NCBI GenBank assembly: GCA_904063045.1
Contig: CAJFCJ010000010.1
Coordinates: forward strand, 310,001 to 374,000
DNA length: 64,000 nucleotides
From: Dimorphilus gyrociliatus
Lineage: Eukaryota; Animalia; Annelida
Direction: 5' to 3'
Below the pieces are notes generated by a model that saw only the letters and a list, made by a program, of their open reading frames with translations, had not been told where the DNA came from and did not search any database. The translations under genes and the position numbers were made by a program. This document shows, one piece after another, positions 1 through 11,250 of the stretch. Position 1 is the first letter of the stretch, and the number at the start of each line of letters is the position of its first letter.

Positions 1-14
1 GCAGACAACCCTTA

Positions 15-24
15 AAAATGGCGG
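15..24 (+). promoter_or_regulatory. YY1-like AAAATGGCGG motif just upstream of the first dlg exon; a second CGCCATTTT copy lies at 253-261
   Basis: Direct match to the YY1 consensus CCGCCATNTT (reverse strand). The same motif occurs at the 5' ends of the ZnF, CHIC and TMEM165 genes in this window. Confidence 0.45.
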
Positions 25-63
25 TTCTCAATTAGATTGAAAACATCGGGGAAGCGATGCTTG

Positions 64-2805
64 ATGGCTTATTTTTCGAATACTCAGTACCGAGAAAATG
101 ATGAATATAGCTATGGAGAAATTGATAAGCGAGAAGATTTTTGTCTTGCCAAGCCAGAAATCGTCAGGTAACTGCGATTCGCCATAAACTGCGATAGAAA
201 GTAGAATATTTCAACTGGATAAAAACGATAGTTTATTTATTATTACATAAATCGCCATTTTGATTAATAGAGTTAATAGAAACATAGTACTGCATCTCAA
301 GTTATAAATATGTCACCATAGTAACAATGCTCATAAATTGACTGATTTAGAGAGACATGACTGCTAGGTGGCGTTGGCTAAATATTTATAGCATCTGTAG
401 GCATCTGCTGCAACATCTGTTTTTTATGCAGAGGTCCCAGGCGTATACAGTTAACGAAGGGATCGAGCGGATTCGGCTTTAACATAATTGGAGGAGAAAA
501 TGGATCGGGTATTTTCGTCAGTTTCATATTAGCTGGTGGACCTGCTGACTTATCAGGTGAGCTTAGGACAGGGGATCAGTTACTGTCTGCCAACGGACAA
601 GACTTACGGCATGCTACTCATTTCGAAGCTGTTCAGGTTTGTGTTTAGACCTCAATAGATATATAAAGAGTATACGTGTAAATATATAGATGCAATGTAC
701 GTTATATTTGTACAAATATTTGATGCAATATTTAAGAGTTTTTCCTTATTTTCTTTAAAAAGTGAATTTAAAAAATATATTAGCATGAAAATATTGCATA
801 ATCTATTTTGTCAATTAACATAATAGTCGAAATTATTGCCTGTGAAAATAGTATATTATCTCTAGAGCTTTATGACAAAATTGCTTGCTGTATGTAGGTT
901 AGTTTTCATCAGAATTTTATGACAAATAGCCGTAATGGAAATTTTTTAGCCAAGAAGAATATTACTGGAAGGTAACTTAAACATATTAATTAAAATTAAA
1001 AGAGGATCGCCAGAGGGTAATATATTGCTCTTTGTAAAATACAAAGTAACATAAAGATAATTACTAAAACATTCATTTCGCAGTAGTCAAGCGCTAGAAC
1101 GCACAGTTTTTTTCTTCATGATACATTGATCTAAAACCAAATAGTGTGACAAATAGCGCCCTCTGAACTTAAATGGTCCAAGACTTTGTTACATCCCGTC
1201 GTTTCCCTTCAATCAATTAATTGCCTAATTTAGAGTGAGTTATTTATTAGAAACGCCCCTTGAATATTCAAATTGATTGGGATAATTTGCATATATAAAA
1301 GTCGTGACTAGAATTAGGTCGATTTTTAAACATTAAGAAGTTAAATGTTATTGATCGGAACCAGATGTTATTTTTGTGAATATAAAATATTGTTTTTTAC
1401 ATTTTTCAATACTAAACAGTAAATTTAGACGTTCTTTTATTGTTTAACAGGTTTTAAAACGCAACCAAGAAAGTATTGAATTTGTTGTTGAATATCGTCC
1501 TGACGATTATAACAGAGCAGAATCACGATTACACGATTTACGGGAGCAGATGCTTACGACAAGCCAGCTTAGAACGACGCATAAAAGAACATTGTACGTT
1601 CGAACCTTATTCGATTACAATCCATCAACAGACAGCGGTCTGCCATCCCGGGGTCTGGCCTTTAAACATGGTTTCATACTACACGTTACTAATGCATCAG
1701 ATGACGAATGGTGGCAGGCAAAAGTCCTGCTACCCGTCCCAGAGGAAGATATATTTGGTATCATTCCTTCGAAAAGAAGGGTTGAGAGAAAGGAGAAAGC
1801 TAGATTAAAAAATGTAAAATTTTCCCAAACGCGTGATTTGAATTCGGGCGACAAGAGGAAAAAAAATTTTGCCTTTTCGAGAAGGTTTCCATTTATGAAA
1901 AGCAAAGAACACTCGGGTTCGGAGGAAGTTAGTGATGAAGAAGAATGTATAAGATCTTACGAGCCAGTCAGCCTGCAGCAAATTAACTATTTTCGACCTG
2001 TAATTTTATTGGGATCTCTCAAGGACCGTTTTAACGACGACCTAATTTCTGAATTTCCCGATAGCGTAATTATGCTTTTTATAAATTAAATTAATTCTTT
2101 AAATATAATAAATTACTCTACTTTCAACTCTTTCTAATCTTGTAAATAATGCAATTTACATTCAGTTTGTTTTCTCCTCTATAGTTTTCGTCTTGCGTTC
2201 CGCATACAACAAGACAAAAGCGGGAATACGAAGTAGATGGTCGGGATTATCATTTTGTAGAATCTCGAAAAAAGATGGAAAAGGATATTGAAGATCATTT
2301 ATTTATCGAAGCTGGACAATATAATGATAATCTCTACGGAACTAGTATTGAAGCTGTTCGACAAGTTGCTGAAAGTGGAAAACATTGCATTTTAGATGTA
2401 AGTGCAAACGCCATCAAGAGATTACAATCTGCTCAAATCCATCCTATTTCTATACTCGTAAAACCGTTAAATATTGAACAAGTTACAGAATGGCATGTGA
2501 GTTTAGGTACTGACAATGCTGAAAAAATATTCGAAAGAGCCATTAAACTAGAATTAGAATTTGCTGAGTATCTGACTGGTAAGTATCTTTGTAAACGCCC
2601 AACTTTTTTTTCTCTTTTTTTTCTATCTGACAAAATCCTTTTGCTCTATTTATTATCTATAAACAGTGTTAAATATATAAAATTACTTAAAAACACAGCT
2701 ATCATCAGTGGAAAAACTGTGGAAGAAATATATTCATTAGTCAAAAAATTAATCCAAGATCAATCCGGTCCAGTCGTTTGGCTTCCATCCAAGGAAAAAC
2801 TCTGA
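64..2805 (+). CDS. dlg1: Discs large MAGUK (PDZ3-SH3-HOOK-GK), 474 aa as assembled; upstream exons outside the window cannot be excluded
   Basis: Exons 64-167, 432-636, 1451-2065, 2185-2578 and 2699-2805 are all GT-AG and phase-consistent (1425 nt). PDZ: [46 protein letters not shown]3: LYVRTLFDY...[14 protein letters not shown]: [14 protein letters not shown]: [23 protein letters not shown]...[16 protein letters not shown]-terminus VWLPSKEKL is typical of Dlg. Confidence 0.95.
312..325 (+). promoter_or_regulatory. RFX X-box in dlg intron 1
   Basis: GTCACCATAGTAAC matches the X-box consensus GTNRCCATRGYAAC. Confidence 0.5.
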
Positions 2806-5800
2806 ATGAAGGATGATTAATACTAAAAAGTGTGTGTACATATTATATAATCCATATATATATATATATATATATATGCATGAAATGCTGTAGAAATTCA
2901 CTGTTTGATTATGTTTTCTTTTTATAGTACCTTTTCTTGTCATTATTTATATAGAAATGGGAAATAGTCATTTCTCAACTGAATTATTTATTTTGTGGTA
3001 TTATTTCATTCATCAGAAAACGTTCTCCAAAGCAAATTTTTATCATATAAACTGAAACATTAGCATCATCCCGTAAAGGTTAATTCTAATTATATATATA
3101 AATTCTATTAATTCAGCAATTCTGCCATCTACCGCCTATTTAATTCATAGAATTTTATACAACCCTTAAGATGTTTTGCCCAACGGATTGCTTTAGAAAG
3201 TCGAGTGGTTTTTTTTGAGTGCAAAATCCGTAAGATGGAGACATAGTCTTTTTGTGTTTTATCAGTGAACGACTTTTCAATAAAACACTAACAATGTTTG
3301 TTAGAATTGAACAGATAAAATATATAAAAAAGAAAATATACATGAAATATTAACAAAAATAAAAGATAATAACAAAAAAAAGCTATTTTCAGCATTGCCC
3401 TTCCTTTCTTTCCTTTGTTTTATTTTCTTTTTGTTTTATTTTTCAAGTAGTCTTGTCCTTTGTTGTTTATTTTATACATTACTATTATAGTTTGTTAATA
3501 AATTCGTTAAATATTTCCAATGTCTTATACTATTCTAAATAGAACAACACTTAGTCTAAGTTGAAGAAAAGGGAATGAGCGGGGAGAAGGTGAAGGAGGA
3601 ATAAAATCTTCTTGGTAAAAAAAGATAATTGACAAGGTGTATAATTATTGAACAATACAAGGATATTGAAGTTACTATTTTCGCCTTACGTGTTCTAGTA
3701 TATCACCGTATAAATATTAATTTAAATAATCTGTCATGCGTATAGACCACCGAAAGCAGGTGCAAATTTTTGTTTAGAATACACGGTATAATTCTATAAT
3801 ACGACATGACATATACGTATATATTGTCGTGTATATATTATGGTTGATTATTGGGGAAATAACAACTTTTGTTAGTTTAACACCAAGTTAATTCTAGCCT
3901 GTCCGTTCGGTTTTAGTATAGAATTCAACCAACCCAGCGCCGTGTGTATTATTATGTAAATGAATGTACGAGGCGTTGATTGATAAATCGAGCAATATTT
4001 TCCAGTTTTACGAATTTTTTAAAAGGAGAAGAAAATTTAATTATAAAAATGATGTCAGCAAAAGTATATAAATAACGTGTTGAAATGATTTATTAGATAA
4101 AAATCATATAAACATGAATTATATTAATATTTATATTTATCATATCATATCAAATATACTGTATTAATAGCTGGGAAAAAAACATGGATACCTATTTCTT
4201 TTCTCTACTTTTCCTTTCTATTTCCTCTTTTTACACCATCTTTTCCCTTTTCAAAATAAAGTGTTTCAACGAACAAACGAAAATGTTACTTTAAACTATA
4301 ATTACTAAGAGACGCAGATTTTCACAGCATCTCTCGCTATTTTTCTCGATAGAACAATACTATCATTAGGTAAGAAAAAAAAACGGTCAATGTTAAGGCT
4401 ATTCCTAATTACATATAATAAATAGTTCGTTAACAGTTCACAGCGTAGGCAATTAATCATGCTGTTCTTTAACAGCTTTAATAATTCTCCCTTTTTTCTA
4501 CTCTTACCCACCATCCTTCTCTTTCTTCGTTTACAGAAGATCTTTTGATTCAATGAATTTCTCTTGTAATTTATAATAATTAAATCCGTTCGGAAAAAAA
4601 ATAGAATTGAAAGTTGTAAAGGAACAGAATCGTCCCTGTTTAATGTTAATGCTGAATAGATAATGAAATCTGTCGCGGTGTCTTTGAACTCGTACGTTTG
4701 TCTATAATTAGATGCTAGCGAAACGCCGGTTCCGTTCACTTCTCACTATTTCAACACTTGCCTTTTATAAACAGAACCTTACTAAAATTCCATAGTTAAT
4801 TGATGCTCTTTCGCTAAAAAAAAAGGAGGTGGGAAAATAGTAAAGTACTAATGGATAAGAGAAAAAAAAGGCTAAGGAGTACCATTGATAAAAGTAACAT
4901 AAATGGAGAGAAGTAGAGAGACAGGGCTTTATATTAAAGAGGATAAAAAGTTATTTTTAAAAGATTCTATAGGTTTAATATGTCACCAAGCTTGCTCTTT
5001 TATATAATTTATAAGGATCAAAATGAGTTTAAAATCATCAATTTCTGGATTATAATTTTTTGTATAGACTTTATATATTACCTTTAATTAAGTTAGATTT
5101 TTGTACGTAACGTATAAGAGTTTAATTAAGGATTTAAAATAAAAACAGTATGAAAGGAAGTGAAAAGTGATGAATTCAAGAGAATTTATAAGCGGGAGGT
5201 ATGATTCTATTTTTAAATTTATCACCTTTCCTTATTTCGGTTTTAACTCTCAAAAAAACCGTTCGTTTTACACGTCGTAGTTGAATGACGAGTTTAATGA
5301 ACATAAAGTATATAATAAATGACTAATTGCATTTAGGAAGTGAGGAATAGTGGGGAGGGATCCCATTGCAAAGAACCAATACATTATTGGAGTAGAATAA
5401 GGAGGGAGAGTGATTTGTAAGTGGCGCCCTCTTCCATTTACTTGAGTGGCAAGTAAGAACGGCCTACCATTCTAATTGTACCCCTCATCTGGAAACTATC
5501 TATGCAAACTTTTTTCTTTAGAAGAAGAAGAAGAAAACCAGATTTTTTAAGGACAGAATCTCTTTATATTATACAAGTAAGGCAAAAAGTTCGCAGGTAA
5601 TAAAACGTGAGTTATACGTGTAATAATTATTTAAAAATACTCTTTGCATTATATATCCGCCTTCTATCTTCTTTTATATAGAATATATTACGTAAAGTTC
5701 GACTTAAGTAAATAATGGAGTAGAATGGATATTGACTAACACGTTATAACTGACTGAGTCTGAAACTGATCCGATAACAAAGGAGACCGAAAGAAATCTA

Positions 5801-7529
5801 CTATTGTATTTTAACCTTAGAGGGAAGCCTTGATATTGTACTATTATATAATACGTCGGGTTGAAGAAGAAACGTTTGCCGAATATAAACAAAAGAAGAA
5901 GTATTAGATTTCATTGTGTAATAGATCCATTTTACTTAAAATCCCTCGTTTTCCGACTTTTTACCTTTTAATTTCCGATATGCTTATATTGTATTTACAG
6001 CTGCTCAAATTTGAAGAGAAAATTTGCTGTTTTGTAAACAAATATGAAATGGATGATGGCGAGGCAGTTTGGTAAACACACTTGAATAATGCAATATTAT
6101 GATAATATATTTTAAACTTTAGCATCCTTTAACAAAGACTTCAAAGTGAACGCTTAGCAAGTCATAAGTGGATTATATAATATTCAAACAATAAGAATTA
6201 GATATATATCCCAAAAGTAAAGATTAAATTAACCGAAAGCTTCTTTCTTCGTCTCGTTCCTTTCCTACCCTTCGGTAACTTGTCACGTCTAGCGAATAGA
6301 AAAACCTTTTTTGAGTACCGTTTTACGGTTGGATAAAGATATTTGAAAATATCTTAAGCAAAACGAAAGGAAACGAAAGGAAAGTAGGAAAAGTAAAAAA
6401 TTCTATTTCTATAGAAAAATGAATGTTTAATGAATAAATTAACGCTATTTACAGGAAATAAAAAAGTCAACTTTATCGCTTTCTATATTTATAATACATC
6501 CCATACAAAATATGGAAAGTTTTAGAGCTATATAAATTGATATAGTTCACTTGAACAATCAACTTGTCAATAGGGAAATGTGACCTTTGCTATTATAACA
6601 ATTGTTATGCTAAGAATTATTTTACCCTGTACATTAATGAACACATATAATAAACGTCATATTGTGGGAATTCTAAAGAACGAAATATGTTTGAATAGCA
6701 GTATGCAGGTATAACAATGTCAACAAGCAGTAAATATACGGCATATTAGCAAAAATTGCACGCACACATATATATTTAAATAAGTCATTTAATAAGTTTT
6801 TTTTCAAATAAAATGACCTTTATTACTTTTTCAAGAGTTTGAATAGTAGCACTTGAGGAACCGTCATTAATGGAAGAGGAGATTTCTCATAGGTGGAACA
6901 GTTTATATTCAACCGTCAATTACCTTACATAATAGAGTAAGAGGGGTTTGTCTAAGCGAAAGATGTTGTGTCCATTGGCACATTTCCAGTTGATTTATTA
7001 AACGTTCAAGAGAATTGAATAGCGTTCAAAAAGTTATTAAAATAGTTCATTTTCACTTCTTTTACCGTTTTTTGAAAGAATTTCCCTATCAGAAGCTTTA
7101 TACAAAATGCTACCGGCTCTAACATTTTAAGCTATTTATTTACAATAAACGCCACGTTTGAGGCGTTATGCAAAACGTTACTTTGATCTCGTTGCCCGGG
7201 GCCTAAATTAGTCTTTGAAGGCACGTGAATCAATTGGTCACGTGATTTTTTAGACAAAGTTGCATTTGTGAACCTATAGAAAGTATTCAATGAAGGATGG
7301 AAGAAAATAAACGGATAAAGATGATTTTATATCACCTAACGACTTCCGTTATCTTTTCCAAAAAGAGAAAGAAAATTATCTTTTAAAAGAATAAAGATTT
7401 CTCCTCTTTGATCATGATACTTTCCTTCTTTTATAGATTAATTTTTTTTTTTAAAAAAAAGAAAAGAAGTGTGTTGGTAGATAAAATAAAAAAAAGACTT
7501 TTCTTCATTATCTAACTTCCCTTCATTAA

Positions 7530-7551
7530 CTCTCTCTCTCTCTCTCTCTCT
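7530..7551. repeat. (CT)n microsatellite
   Basis: ctctctctctctctctctctct seen directly. Confidence 0.9.
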
Positions 7552-10385
7552 TCTCGCCACTCATTACTTTCCCGTTATTTTTACACACTATATAATTTAA
7601 GCGAAGATTTTTCGTACTTAATTATCAGTTTTGTTAATTTTAAACTGAGATAAAAATCAGGAAACGAGTACGCGTATCTCATCAAGCGGAATAAAAATAG
7701 CAACTTAAAGAAAAAGCTATTGTAACGTTTTTCTTTCTACTAAATGAAAATTAAAGGAATCAAATGATAGGTTATTATCATCCGTTATGGAAAATATAAA
7801 TGATACGTTACAAATTTTTCTATTGTTAAGGATATTAGAAAAGAACATTTGACGCCTTTAGGCGGTATATTTTTTGGGCTAAAAGCAGAAATAAAACATT
7901 AATTGTTCATGCATGAGAGAATTAATTGCCTTTTAAATTGTATAAAGAAATAAAGACCGGATGTCACATTTTATTACAAACTGAACAGCATCAATTTTTA
8001 TGAGAGTTTTAGCGATTTCTTGTCAAAAGTCGTGCTGAAATTATCGTCAACTTTTCTTCTCTTCAAAAGACCCTTTGATAATGAACTTTTCATTAATAAA
8101 GTGTTAAAAAAAACCTAATAATCTATATCCCTTTTCTCACCCCTACTCTATTTATTGGCGTTCCAACGCTATTCCTTTGATATGGTAACAAATTTAAAGG
8201 TAACACCTCATTTTTAATTATTTCCGGTCAGCTTTTTCTTCAACAGGCTATTTTTCACTCTACGTATAATTTTTTTTGTTGAAGGGAGGAGATAAAACTA
8301 ATTTGTCTTCTATTTATATATAGAATTAACTGAAAAATGGGTGGCTGGGTGGGAGGAAGAATGGGTGGAGGGGGAAGGGGAAGATTTTAGAGAAAAAAAT
8401 GGCACGAAAGGTAAAGCACGAATAATTACGCAATTGTCCATTTATCATTCGACCCTCACCCTTTTATAATTTCGTATTCTTTAGAACGTTTTAAATTATT
8501 CGTCAGCCGTTATTTATCGCTTGCGCGATCTTGTCAGCGTATGCGTGTGGATACGTTTGAGCGTGTGTGTGTCCATTGGAGGATAAAGAATAAAATAACA
8601 TTTTCCCTCCTATTCCACCTTTTCATTTCGATAAAGATACGTGTATATTACTCTATTTAATAGGCCTATAATAAAAGTGGGAGTTTTCAGATGGTTGAAT
8701 AAAGCGAGCGGGGGCTATCACGCACATACTAGCGTTTATAAGCTGTTCAACGGATGTAACGAATAAGTTCGATGGTCCATACTATCCATGACAAAACACT
8801 TTCGGTTTCATTAGTCTAATTCTTATATTTGACCATTGTAGATGATTAAAAGAAACATGAAAAATTTACAGTTATTGAACGTTCAAGTGGTCTACTTAAA
8901 GAATCTTGAAAAACTGCGTAGCCGTTAAAGAATGTTTTTTAAGAGGTTAAAACTTTTAGAAATAATAAAGAAGATGACCAGTTGAAATGTAAAATAAGAA
9001 CCTAGAGACACTTCGAAACACGCATTTAAACACAGCTTCTTATTCCGTGACATTTATAACCGAAATAACCGAGTAAGCGTATAACTAGCTTACCCCTTAA
9101 CCTTAAAAATTCCAGTACTAGTAAGAAATCTTAGACCCCCCATACGCCTTTTAAAGACGCCCAAAAAATGCAATAATCAACAGTGACGAAGATAAAATAG
9201 ATCGTCAATAAAAGAGAGATTAAAATAAAAAAGGAGAAAAGAAGCGGGAAAAGATTTTTTTTCTATTACTGCCAAAGAGACGTTTTAAAAATAGGCTGAT
9301 AGACGCAGCATGGAGCGTCATTCCCGGTGTGAGCTAGCGTGATTTTTAGAAGGAAGTTTGAAATCGAAGAATATGTAATTCTCTTACTTTTTTCATAGTC
9401 TCTCTTTTTACTAGGTCAAATCGACCGTGAAAATATACATGTTAAAAAGTTCTACTACCCCTGCCACTCATACCACCCACATTATACAAGTATATATATG
9501 ACTGTATAAGAGAGCGTTCAGTTATAAAAAAGAAGTACATGAAGGATGTTTTGGTATTTTGAAAATTTGCAATTTTTCTTATATCTTTGAAAAGCATCAA
9601 CTCTGCATAGGAAATTTTCTTCCCAAGGCCAAAAAGACTTGTCAAGGCCATTTCCGTTCAAAACATTAAATTTACAACTGTTAAAAGCAAGAGTCCACTT
9701 CCTGTCCTCTTCCGATCTGATTTTCATCCATTTAGTTTCATTCATTCTAAGTTGGTCGAAGTTGTCTATTGTTCAGTTTATTTAAAATGAACTAACTACT
9801 TCTAATTCCATTGGCACCTTAAAACAGTCCCGTGCATGGGGATTCTTATTAACGAATGAATACGCTAATAATGGAAGTTATGTAATTTAACATTTTTATA
9901 AACTTTACGAATGTGAAATTCAAGTCAATTAGTATAACAGTTAAGAGAGGGAAATTATTAAAATAACAAACGGAGAATTGCAAAGTAACGCGCCTATTAA
10001 GGACAAATTTTTGACTAGGGCATTGGTTAGCTATCAGGTAAAAGAAGCCGAGATAGTGACAGATAATTCGTTAAACGTCGCCTGTCGAAAAAACGGGCTA
10101 TTAATTATCAATATGGTCGTAAATTAAAGCCTTAGACACCCACCTAAGAAAATTCCACATAGCTTAAAAACTCTTCAGTACGAAGTAAAACTTAAAGCTT
10201 ATCCAAACCTCTTAAAAACTGATTTAAAAATTCTTCTTCGATGAGGAGACCGGATATGTTGTTAACTACTAATAATTCATTAAAATACTACTAAACCTAT
10301 CAATCAAGACTTCGATTTCGAATGACCATGGGTCAATCAAGGTCAGGATCGCATCTGTCATATTTTCTATTATAAAAGTGTATAT

Positions 10386-10484
10386 GAGGGAAAAGAGAAA
10401 GAAAGAGAGAGTGATATAGAGAGGGAGGAGAAGGAGAGAGAGAGAGAACGAGAGAGAAAGAGGGGCGAGAAGAGAGAAAGAAGG
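10386..10484. repeat. GA-rich polypurine tract
   Basis: About 100 nt made almost entirely of G and A (gagagag arrays). Confidence 0.85.
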
Positions 10485-11047
10485 TTAGCTATTAAAAAAA
10501 TTATCTATTGTGGCGAAAATTAGGAAACTCCCTATAAATCTAAAGATCAAAGTTGACAAACGTCAAATACAGTTATTACGTAAAAATAACTTATAATTGC
10601 AAGTTTGGTTCCTTGGAAAAAAAGGGAAAAAATCAGCCCACACGCGCCGATTTGGGGGTGTGCGATTTTGGTTGCGAAATTTTGGAGACTAATTAAGCGT
10701 ATACGCGCCCTTTGTCGATTGTTAGAGGTAGGGGTGAATGTTTTTCTCTACATCTCTCTCTTTCATTCCATCTTTCGATCTTTTACCCGTCTCATTCCAC
10801 CTCCCTCCTGTACACCCCCCTTGGCCAAGTTTTTCATTGAAAGATGGTGGTATGAGATATTAGGGTTTCTTTTTCTGGTTTAAAAGTTTTAGACATTAAG
10901 AGATCAATTCAATACTTTCTTTACCCTTTAAAATGTATAAGTTGAGTGGGAAATCAAAATATTGGGCTATGTAAGAAATATAACCCTTTTCCAATAGCTG
11001 AGTATCGTATTTAGGTATATGGCCTATGAGATAGCAATCTTATTTAA

Positions 11048-11250
11048 CTCCCCCTACTTTTCACTCTCTCTTTTTTCTCTTTCTTTCTCTTTTTCCCTCT
11101 CTCTATCCAATTCTCTCTTTCTTTCTGTCTGTCTGTCTCTGTCTCTGTCTCTCTCTTTAGTCGTCTACATATCTCTCTCACTCTTTACCCCGATCTCGCA
11201 TATACACACTCTCCTTTCCTTTCTCTGCTATTTCTTTTTTCTTTCTTTCT
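11048..11250. repeat. CT-rich polypyrimidine tract
   Basis: About 200 nt of tctctc/ctgt arrays; this explains the spurious SLSL-rich ORF 11019-11372. Confidence 0.85.

Noticed and set aside
3795-3835. Small hairpin centred on the palindrome ATATACGTATAT
   Set aside because: Short, AT-rich and bulged; expected by chance and matches no known RNA family I recognise.
4305-4739. 144-aa minus-strand ORF with an internal GTAAG donor at 4507
   Set aside because: GTG start, intron-like T/A-rich middle, no recognisable domain and no compatible downstream exon.
9518-9745. BIR-like pattern (WE…NCKF)
   Set aside because: Lacks the CxxC and His zinc ligands of a BIR domain; kept only as an orphan ORF.
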